The notes under the pieces were generated by a model. That model worked only from the letters and a program-made list of their open reading frames with translations. It did not search any database and was not told where the DNA came from. A program made the position numbers and the translations under genes. This document shows positions 22,386 through 31,963 of a DNA stretch of 39,783 nt, piece by piece. The stretch covers positions 1-39,783 of the forward strand of contig JAUCBJ010006042.1 in the NCBI GenBank assembly GCA_032718475.1, read 5' to 3'. The DNA comes from Nemertoderma westbladi (lineage: Eukaryota > Animalia > Xenacoelomorpha). Numbering within the stretch: the stretch's first letter is position 1; every line of letters begins with the position of its first letter.

Positions 22386-23764
22386 AAGGGCAAGGGTGTT
22401 AAATCTTTTGCGACTAAAACGCATATTTCATTAGCATATATCATTAGTTCTTCTCTAAATCCATAGAACTGATTGAGTATCTAGATAAGGTTTATAGAAC
22501 TGATTAATTATAGATAAGAGTTATATGGTTTTGCTACACTGGAATACGGCCAATAAGGGCTATTTTTCATTTTCTTGGAAAGGAATTCGCACAACTGAAC
22601 TCTAGTAAGCAATGCAGTAACTAAGCTTTCTGATTGGAAGTTGCCAGGTAGATCACCATGGTTCATGGTTCTAAGAATTCCGTGCGTTCGATGGTTGGAC
22701 GCCATTTTAGTTTTATACTGCAGTGCGACATTTCTTTGTTCAGTATTCTTCTTTATCAGATAGCTAGATGCCGTATTTTTTGCCTTTTAACATCTATGAC
22801 TGGAATACCGTGAAGCACTCAATTTTACTGATTTACTGTTGTAACTGTTAAATTTTTATATTTGATTGGCAATTATTGTATATTTGGTAATGATATGGAG
22901 ATGCTGCAACATTAATACCGCATAACTTCGAACTTGTTTATATTCATATCTAACGAGGTAAGCTTTGGGCGGTTAATTAGCATTCTCGGTTCGCAATTAA
23001 TTGGTGTGCATGAGAATATGTTATCGGATAGCCCTAACGTGTGTGAGCATGTCTACTCCTCATTTATGAATAAAATGGTCTCAAGTCAGTGTCCAGAGTG
23101 TATTTCAGCCGGTCCATAATACCTGCCTCTAAAGGGCGTGAAAACTACAATGTTTGTTAACAATTTGTTGTAGTTACCTTAAGACATCTGTTTGTTATCT
23201 AGAACACAACACCTGAAACGGAACTGAATACTATCCCTTATTATACAGCGAGAATCAATCGAATGATACATAACCAGCCCAATTTAGTAAGCCGATATAT
23301 TTCAGAATCCCTTGTCGGGTCATACGCCGCGCTAGTTGATTTATATCTGATGATAAAACGTTTGGCAAAAACAAAACAGGATTTCTTTAACTGTGAAACT
23401 TATTGAAGTCTTAAAAGCGCGAACAAAGGGTTTGGGCCAGAAAGGTCATCACCAGGAAAGGGACTCAGAATTATTGGCTGCTCTCTCTCTCTCCACTGGG
23501 GAGTAAGACTACTTCAGGTGAAAACTGACGCCTGTGAGGCCAATTGCGTCCGGTAATTCCACTGGCCTCTAAGTGGCCATAAACCTCCGCATTACTAATG
23601 TAATCCATAGTGAGTGTTGAGGTATTTTTTTGGCGAGTTAGCTCTCGGGGCACATACCCCTTGGTTTGCCATTCCACAGCGTGGCTGTCGCAGTGGAAAC
23701 AGATATGGAGCCCATCACCCATACCTACTCTGAAGCACATGTCCCACACCATTGGCTATATGCA

Positions 23765-24035
23765 GCTCATCTGATGGGTCATGCCCTGTACCCCTGGTGC
23801 CTGGTGCAGGTCGCAGTGGAGTGCGCTCAAATTGTACATGAGCGCACTCTACTCCTGACCAGCCATTGGTAGATTACCCTATGCCTGGTCAGGCCATATA
23901 CCCCTGCAGCCAAGTATATGGGTCCTTAACCCATTACCAAGGGCGTCCCTATCCCAGAACGAAAGGGGTCCTTGATACAGGACCAGATTATGCCCTTAAT
24001 AAGAGGGTCTAGACAGCCAGAGGAGGCACCTCCTT
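23765..24035 (+). other. GC-rich segment forming consecutive stem-loops (putative structured RNA or retroelement UTR)
   Basis: Adjacent inverted repeats at 23819-23849, 23854-23893, 23894-23921, 23967-23984 and 24021-24034. G-T pairs extend the stems on the + strand. Confidence 0.45.
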
Positions 24036-24499
24036 TATGCTGCATGGAAGTGGCAATTTCTCTGAATGAATGACCCTAGCGGGGCGATCTAGATTCCAAT
24101 TTTTACCGTTTGTCTTTCTTGAAAAATAAAACTTAAACTTCCATGAAATAAAATTTTACCAACAATAAATAGTTTAATTTATTTTTATGGTACGGTAATT
24201 TGTGGAATTTTGTTGTTGATGGGATATTCTGTAATATATTATTTTCCAATATATTCTGTAAAGTTTATGGATGGATTTATGTTCTATTATAATAACATAA
24301 TATATAAGACAACAAGTCTAAGTTCAAGTCTTACCGTACATGTAGGTAAGACGAAGACTTTAATTCAATAAATAATTTATTGATGGAGTTGCAAGACTTG
24401 CAACTGACCTTAGACAAAGCTCAGTCCTACACGATACCAACTTCGGACCAACAAAAAAACAATTAGCTTTAGTACGTAAATTTATATTTTTTACCTCGT

Positions 24500-24572
24500 G
24501 CCCGGTTAGCTCAGATGGTAGAGCGTGGGACTTTTAATCCTAAGGTCAAGGGTTCAATCCCCTTATCGGGCG
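24500..24572 (+). tRNA. tRNA-Lys(TTT): tRNA-Lys (anticodon TTT), 73 nt, intronless
   Basis: Acceptor stem GCCCGGT/ATCGGGC, A box TAGCTCAGATGG, anticodon arm TGGGA-CTTTTAA-TCCTA, T arm AAGGG-TTCAATC-CCCTT, discriminator G, no encoded CCA. Confidence 0.95.
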
Positions 24573-24575
24573 GAA

Positions 24576-24585
24576 TTTTTTTTTT
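24576..24585 (+). terminator. RNA polymerase III oligo-T terminator
   Basis: T10 starting 4 nt after the tRNA 3' end. Confidence 0.85.
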
Positions 24586-25189
24586 GTTATTTCATTATTA
24601 TAAGGAAATTATATTGTTTATATTTGTTGGTTTATTGTAAGGAAATTGAAAAGCATAATATATAAGGTGTTTCATATTTAATTCGCCATCAGGTGCAAAA
24701 ATGTTCAAATATCTAAATAAAATTCAGTAAGAAGTATAATATGATTGGTTGAATTAAGCAGATTAGTTTAGGAAATCGTTCGTGGAGATGAGGTTGTGAG
24801 TAGACAGCTAGGGTTCGGGCTAGTTAGTTTTGGTGGTTGATAAAATGCAACGTACTGGGGATGCACTAAATAAAAATCTGGCCTTACCAAAATGGGTGGG
24901 ACTGTACGGTACGTCGCAGAACAGTGCTAAGGTGCAGACAGTTAGGATGCATCATAGGCAGCAACAAGCTTGGTGGTAAACCATGTCCTTTCGGTTACTC
25001 AAACTTTGTTGTTATTCCAGTGACAGGGAAAATTTATGCAGCAAAAGTTAAAGTAAACTGCCCTCTAAACCCCAGTAAACTGCCCTCTAAGACGAAACTA
25101 GCATATAATATGCCTTCGCATTATTGCTTACAAGGCCCTTCGTCTTATTGCTTACAGGGCTTGGATATAAAGAGTTTTATCTGTGGGGA

Positions 25190-26552
25190 ATATCTTCATG
25201 GGTGACTTTAATGCAAGTCTATATCACTCATCTACATCACCCTGGGTCTATAGCGATAGTGTTAACCGAAATTCCGTCCATCTTCAGGATTTAATCTCTG
25301 GTAACGGTAACGGAACCCAGTTCAAGAAGCGAACTGGAAAGCAAAGCTATGGACTCATAGTGGACCCAGTGGTCACAAGTCCCAGATATATCATATTCTG
25401 TTTCGTAGGAAATACAGGAGCTCTATACAAGACTGTAATGCTTTTACACTTCGACTCCTCTCCAGTGATCACCGCCTTATTGTGGCCAAGGTAAGACTTA
25501 GTCTGCGTGCTAGCACAATTACAAAATTTGCCTTGACACGCAATGACTGGTCCTCTCTGTTGCAACAGCCATGTGTGAGATCCAGCTTCACACTACAGCT
25601 GAGCAACAGGTTCTTGCCTCTGAGGCGGCAGATCACTGCGAGGGCTATACTGCCTTCACAGAAGCAGTTAAGTTAGCAGCTGCAGAAACAGTTACTAAAT
25701 GCCTTCAAAGCAGGAAAAAGGCCCCCTGGCCTGACAAATTCTTTATTTGAAAGTGCCGAAATGACCTCAAAAAGGAGCAGGATGTGTCCCGCCGACCCGG
25801 GCACACGAGGACAGCCAATAATGCAGTTAAGGCTGTATCTAGGTCCCTTAAAAGGCATAGTACTATGATAATCTGAAGGAGCATATCAATAAACAGGTTG
25901 ATGCCATTAACAAAGCTAATCATAGCAGGCAATCAGACCAGGCATGACAATCAATAAACCTACTCTCTGGAAGGAAAAGCCAACATCCACCAAGGTAAAG
26001 GCTGAATCTCCAGCTGAACGCTGAGATTGGAAGGCCCATTTTGTGAAGCTTCTAAACAATGACAGGGAATTGCCTGATAACTTTGGGGTACATCATGTAT
26101 CTGAGTCTGTGCTCAAAGATACCCCCATTGGTGACATCTCCTTTGCTGATATCAAGACTGCAGCAAAGAATATCAAGTAGATGGCGCGACCCCTACGGTC
26201 TTACAAATTCCTGAGTGGTTGGAGCTCAGTCACCCCATTATTGTGGACATGTATAGGACAAAGAAAGTCCCCCAAAAAATTAAAACTAATAAGTTGCTCC
26301 CTGGCCCAAAGAAGGGCAACCTAGCAACCCGTTATTTATTACGTTAATTTCGTTAATCTCAATTGCTGCTATACAACAGAATTCTATTAAATCTTATAAG
26401 GGATCCTGTTGAGAGACTGTTACGTGCGATCTAAAATGGGTTCCGTAAAGGTCGCGGTACCATGGAGCCTATTCTGGCACTTAGAAGGATTATCGAAGAG
26501 TTATCTATAAAGAAAGACAAACAACGGCTATTATCTTTATTGACTACTTTAA
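25190..26552 (+). mobile_element. Second decayed copy of the same RTE-like family (endonuclease C-terminus to RT N-terminus)
   Basis: APE motifs IFMGDFNA and SDHRLIVAKVRL. Nucleotide match to the reverse complement of ~21410-22385 (e.g. gccttattgtggccaaggt.agacttagtctgcg; gggttccgtaaaggtcg.gg.accatggagcc). Many frameshifts. Confidence 0.88.
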
Positions 26553-26762
26553 TAATGAATAGAAGTACAGTACAAACAACGGTAGTCTTTAATATAAAAT
26601 TAATTAATTAAATAACGTAAATCCAATAAAATATTGCATATAATATTGCGTAGTTGAATGTTGGTGGTCCATCGAGAAAACCAATAATAAAAGGAAACTT
26701 TTGATATCCAATGAAATATTAAGCTGAACATTAAAGCCAACGAGACAATGAATGTTAGGTAT

Positions 26763-26995
26763 ATGCGGCGGCGCCAGTGGGGCGGGGGGGGGGGGGGGGG
26801 GGGGTGAGGGGGGGCCAATCCCCCCCCCCCCCGTCGTTGGTCGCTTGGCCATACTCCAGGATTACACCTTGTAGATTTAATTCATGAGTTTATGCAACGT
26901 ATTTATTAGAAAGAAAAGGGCCAGTTATTCAAAGCTCTCTTTTACTGTATGTAAGGGTATTGCCCTCCTATTATAAATTTCTGACGCCGCCACTG
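26763..26995. mobile_element. Small MITE-like element with G/C tracts
   Basis: Left end ATGCGGCGGCGCCAG versus reverse complement of right end CAGTGGCGGCGTCAG (11/15 match). Subterminal poly-G and poly-C tracts can pair. No TSD confirmed. Confidence 0.55.
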
Positions 26996-27210
26996 GTTAC
27001 GTAACTGTATAAAGTAGAACCACTTTTTGGCATAAAAATATTCAATACAAAATAAAATAAGTAGAGGGAGAAACTTACAATATTATGATAAATGGTTAAA
27101 GAAACAATTTGGTTTGAAGAATATTAAAAGAAAAATCTCCGCAGATTCATTATAACTAAATTAAATATAAAAGAAATATAAATTGTGCCGGTTTTTATGG
27201 TTGAGAATAA

Positions 27211-28233
27211 TTAATCTTTACTATCGCCTATGCCCTCAGCTAGTATAGCGAACACGGCCTCTGACTCAGGGAGACAAGGCGAGTCGTAGATCTTACAGAT
27301 TCTAGTCTCCCCGCGTCCCTTCCGCAGATACAGCCGTGTAGTCGACGCGTGCGCCATTATATTACCGCCAATCGGTTTCTTGGGATCCGCAGAGAACATT
27401 GCGGCGGCGTCAACCTGAGCGACAACCTGATTGGTTATAATGACCGCGACCCCAAACTCGTCAGCCAATCGTAGGAGTTTCCTTAAGAACTGCGCGAGAT
27501 GCATTTGTCTAGCGGAGAGCTCTCCCCTCCCGGCATAGTCCGTCCGGTACAGACTAGTGGCGGAATCAACCACGAGAAGAGCGTAGCGAGACTCCACCAT
27601 CATGCTCGAGGCCTGCTGGAGAAGTTGGTTCTGGTGGTCTGAGTTGTACGCGCGAGCGTAGGCCACGTTGTCTAGAACGTCTGAGCCGCTCAATCCGTAA
27701 CGTTCGGCCACCGCTAGGAGGCGTTCCGGACGGAAGGTACCCTCAGTGTCGACGTACAGACACTTACCCTCCCCGCCGCCAAGGTCCACCGGTAACTGAC
27801 AGGTCACCGCTAATGTGTGGCAGATCTGGGTTTTCCCGGTGCGAAACTCACCGAATACCTCCGTTATCGAACCTGTTTCTATCCCGCCCTCGAGCAACTT
27901 ATCCAATTCCTTTGATCCCGTCGTTATCTTTATTTGTTCCGAGCGTTTCAGATGATACTCAGTCGCCGTGGTGAAACCCATCGGTACGAGTTTCGACGCT
28001 TCCACTAGTATTTTATCGGCTTTCGCCTCGGATATGCCTTTAATTGCGATGAGGAGTTTCTTCGGCGCGAAAGCAATCGATTCAACAGTAAAGAATCCCG
28101 CTTCCTCGAGTTTTTTCACATCGTTTGCCGATATTCCGGATTGTTCAAGACGAATTGCCGGCATCGGTCCGCAGGATTCTTCTTCCGTCGTACCGGGCGC
28201 AGCTGAGTCGCCACGACCTCCTTGCTTAGCCAT
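27211..28233 (-). CDS. RAD51: DNA repair recombinase RAD51, single-exon CDS (340 aa)
   Basis: N-terminal HhH domain ([11 protein letters not shown]), PMGFTTA polymerisation motif, Walker A GEFRTGKT, Walker B LLVVDS, [15 protein letters not shown]. GGGEGK and YRTDY favour RAD51 over DMC1. Confidence 0.97.
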   Translation of the reverse strand: MAKQGGRGDSAAPGTTEEESCGPMPAIRLEQSGISANDVKKLEEAGFFTVESIAFAPKKLLIAIKGISEAKADKILVEASKLVPMGFTTATEYHLKRSEQIKITTGSKELDKLLEGGIETGSITEVFGEFRTGKTQICHTLAVTCQLPVDLGGGEGKCLYVDTEGTFRPERLLAVAERYGLSGSDVLDNVAYARAYNSDHQNQLLQQASSMMVESRYALLVVDSATSLYRTDYAGRGELSARQMHLAQFLRKLLRLADEFGVAVIITNQVVAQVDAAAMFSADPKKPIGGNIMAHASTTRLYLRKGRGETRICKIYDSPCLPESEAVFAILAEGIGDSKD

Positions 28234-28949
28234 TGCACTGTTGACTGCTACTGACTGACTGATGTCTGGATGTTGGCAGTATTGCTGTATTGTTATGTAC
28301 AGGTAGTGTGTGTAGTCCTCCAGTACTTCTGAACTTGTCCTTGGTAGTACTGTACTGCTGTAACTGCAAACAACTGCAGTACTGGTCAGCTGTTACCTGG
28401 GTACAGTTTTAAACACACAGGCCGACAGTGATAGGTACGCAAGTACGCACAGTACACAAGTACGGTTGTCTGGTTGTATTGCAGTACCGGTATTGCTGTA
28501 TTGTATAGACCTATTTCTGTATTTCAGTTTGTACTTCAGTAGGCCTACTCAGGAGTCCAGTCGGCCAAATCTTTTAGCGAGTAACTTAATATTTATTATT
28601 TATTATTGTTTTATAGTAAATTTTAATACCAATTAATTTAGTTTTATTAAATAATTTTGAGTGGATTTTAATTATTTTATCAATTATATAATAATTATAT
28701 ATCAGTACTGCAGTACAGCAGTAATTACTGAATTACCTGAATCAGTGAATAGATAGGCGAGACCAGGAGACACCACAGTACTTTCTCTCTGGTACTGCCA
28801 GCAGTGCCAGGTTGAGAAATGTTTAAGTTTAAGCCTAATCTACCGGTATTCTACTAAACAAAACTAAAACAGAAAAAAGAGTAACTTTCAAAATGCACCA
28901 AAATGCAAAATGCACACATGGGTGTGAATCCCAGATCTTCCCCCTTTGT

Positions 28950-29630
28950 CAGTTTGTGGCCGCGTCCTCATATTGCGTAAACCAGAACAATTACGAATAA
29001 TAATGGTAATGGTGCCAATGTGTCACCTTGCAGTACGCCAGACAGGATTGAGAAGAACTCAGTTTCACCATCTGGTGAGAGTACCTGCGCTTCTGTGTCA
29101 CAATATACCAATCCAATGCCAGCGACAATTACTTCTGGTATTCCATAAACTCTTAGCATTTCCAGCATTTTACCTCTATGGATGCGGACTCGAATGCCTT
29201 CTTGAAGTCCACAAATGTCAGGACTGCGGAGAGATTCTTTGACTTAATTCCCTCAATGCTCAATCAGTCTCGTAGCGCAAGTATCTTAGTTGATCTATTT
29301 GGACGAAATCCGTTTTGGTTTGGCTATCTTAAGCAGCAGTTTATCTATGTGAGGCAGAGGCCTTAATTCTGTATGTATACAGTATAATCATTTTGTTGTA
29401 TATTTTAGCAGCTACAGTACCACCAAACAGATCCCACGATAGTTTGTTGGTATACAGACCGAAGTCTCCTTTCTGGCTTTTAGTCCAAATTAGTAGGCCT
29501 AGTGGCTTTTCCCCTTTCAGCATCCGGTTGCAAACATCCAATAATGGTCTGTTCTACACTCCTGTTTTCCATATCTCTGCAGGGATTTCATCTAATCCAC
29601 TCGCTTTATTATAGCCTTAGAGGAGACGTT
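28950..29630 (-). mobile_element. Third RTE-like RT fragment, more diverged or a different family
   Basis: KASGLDEIPAEIWK, VAAKIYNKMI, MLRVYGIPE and DGETEFFSILSGVLQGDTLAP across frameshifts. Confidence 0.82.
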
Positions 29631-30191
29631 AAACACTACACGTTCCTCATTGTGCCCATGTTTCCACCCAGTATCCTGTATGTTGTATCGTACTCTAACT
29701 AGTCTCTATAAGTTATATCAATATCCGATCAGAAACAAATAGTAATACAGAACATCAGGTTATTAGTGGGCCTACCCACCCTACATTATACTCTACAGTG
29801 CAATTATGTAGCGATTTTTAGTACGATGTTTAAATCAGATTATTTGGAATATGGTATTACTGTATTTTTATTATTATCGATTTAATCATTCCGAGCGAAA
29901 TGGCTACCTTTTCTAAACTTTACTACTTTATACTTACCAAGGTTTATTGGTATCCATTCCGTTGGCTATATACTTGTTTACGTTGGTATTACTGTAATTA
30001 GAGAACTACAGCTTAGCTTTTACGAACTGCCTGTAGTTATTTATTATTATTATTAAATGTATTTGTATTGCGCTTATTCGCACAGTTCTAAGCGAAAATG
30101 AAAATGTAAAAGTTAACACACATAACCAATAAAAGTTTTAAATGAAATAAAACAAATAAAATTGTATTGCATATAGTGCGGATGCTAGCAA

Positions 30192-31838
30192 TGTAGGCTA
30201 ACGCTCAGCACATCAAAAATTTAGCTGCAATTAAATTCGTCTGTCCCATTTATCCTCTTTATTTATCCACTTTCATCCAATATTTAATCGTATTTCTATT
30301 TATTATTTATTTAGGCCCCTTATTTATTTACTTTCAGTTTCGTAACCTACCAGTAGTAGTTGTGACCATTGTTGCGGCGGTAGAGCCCATTATCCTTTTG
30401 TTGCGGCTTTGCCCACTATGCGTGTTGCGGCTTTAAGCCCATTTTCCCTATAATGTTGCCACCGAACCCTTTCCCCATGACAGTAATTAACCTTTTTCCA
30501 GTACATATAATTATTTATTTTATTATTATTATAACGTCTTATACTGTATTTTGTTTTAAATTATTCTTATCTTTAAGCATTTAACATCCACGTACATACT
30601 GTATTTAGTAATAATCCTCTCAGAACCCTCTCAATTAATTAGCGATTCACGTTGCGCCGACGGCCAAACTCAAACTTCTAAAATGCTAGAATGATATCTA
30701 TTTATAGTTATTTTTGTGCATTTTGGGCTATTCCGTTACCATTTTGATCACTCACCTTTTCCAGGCATTAGAATGACGACAGACCTGAAATTTTCGGCAC
30801 CCTCCCGGTGTCTGGGAAGTTGTACATGGGCAGTTTCACATAGATAAAATGAATTCAATTGCCAATCATTCTGCCCTTACCACGCATACAACCATTTTAT
30901 TGTGCAGTTCTTGGTTTGGTTATTCATTCAATCCCGCATATCGTTTCATTCCATCAGAAGGGCCACCTTGACGGGATTGGACTACCTTCAATATCATTTA
31001 TCATTTCATCAGAAGGGCCGCCTTAATTGGATTGGATTACCTTCAAACAAACTCATGTATTTTTACATTCATTCATTCTTTGCGGGGTTTTTTGAATGAC
31101 CGATCCAATCACTGTACTTAGAATGCAACTTAGCGTAGTATGAGCATTCACTATATCCAATATAGATGCATTGCCCTGATTTAGCAGTTGACACAGTGAA
31201 GCTAACCCCATGTATAGGCTCCCCAGCCATCCTATTGGCTATACCCGTAATTATTAATTCAGCAATATCATTCAGATGCCAGTGTTTGAACTTTGACCGT
31301 TAATTATCGAGTAATATATCGGGAACCCCCTTAATGCACAAATTACTATAAAAAGCTCAGAATCTTTATTAAGGGATCCTTTTCACTGATAATTTTGGTC
31401 GGTTGTTAGGCAGCGTGTTTCACCGCTCAATCGAGCCCCCCCCTTGCCCCTTATTCAGACCTTAATTTATTGTTTTACTTTTACCATTACCGGTTCACCT
31501 ATTTTTCATTTTCAATACTTTACCAAAACAGACGAATTTTTCCCAACCTTTTGATAATACCCTTATTTAACAGTTTAACGCAGTTTTCAAACAATTCTAT
31601 TTAATTACCGGTAAATTGTAAATTATATAATAATATTTTATCGAATTATTGAAAATAATGAACTATCGCCCTACAATAATTGATAATAAATAAAACTGAA
31701 CTTAATCACACCCAAGTCATTTTCAACCCTAGTATGCTCGATTGTGCGCGTAATACAAAACACCGCCATACTGCAATATTTCAACCCGCCGCACCAAAAT
31801 TTTAACGCGGTCAGCCGCACAGTAGCCTGGCCGCTACA
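30192..31838 (+). repeat. 5' LTR (start certain; end uncertain, 31757 or 31838)
   Basis: 30192-30437 is identical to 39538-39783. TATA box at 31347, AATAAA at 31685. Candidate CA ends are TAATACA (31757) and CTACA (31838, inverse of the TGTAG start). Confidence 0.6.
31347..31354 (+). promoter_or_regulatory. Putative LTR TATA box
   Basis: TATAAAAA downstream of several CCAAT/ATTGG boxes and about 340 bp upstream of tandem AATAAA (31685-31694), the usual U3-R order. Confidence 0.5.
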
Positions 31839-31963
31839 ACAGCGTGAAACACGATACCTTTGTTTTACCGTACCGGTCTACCGGTACTTCAGTACTTACT
31901 GCTGTACTGGCCTACCTACCGTACTGTAGTAAAAGAAACAGGGAAAACCGCAACCGCAAAGTC

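Noticed and set aside
22500-23450. Segment with a coding-like look (e.g. PNLVSRYISESLVGSYAALVDLYLMIKRL on +)
   Set aside because: Multiple stops and no recognisable motif; a tBLASTx or HMM search would be needed.
23465-24090. Hammerhead or HDV-like ribozyme call
   Set aside because: CTGATGG rather than CUGANGA, and no consistent nested pseudoknot identified by eye; kept only as generic structure.
24104-24197. TA-CCGT...ACGG-TA candidate Tc1/pogo MITE, and a Tc1-like CAGAATGTCCC remnant at ~1824
   Set aside because: Inverted match too short and AT-rich to separate from chance.
26600-26852. Poly-proline ORFs on the minus strand
   Set aside because: Produced by the poly-G tract of the small MITE-like element.
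31844-31963. GTG start giving a 2520-aa protein
   Set aside because: Eukaryotic element; the first ATG at 31964 has good context (GTCATGG) and the upstream part is low-complexity leader.
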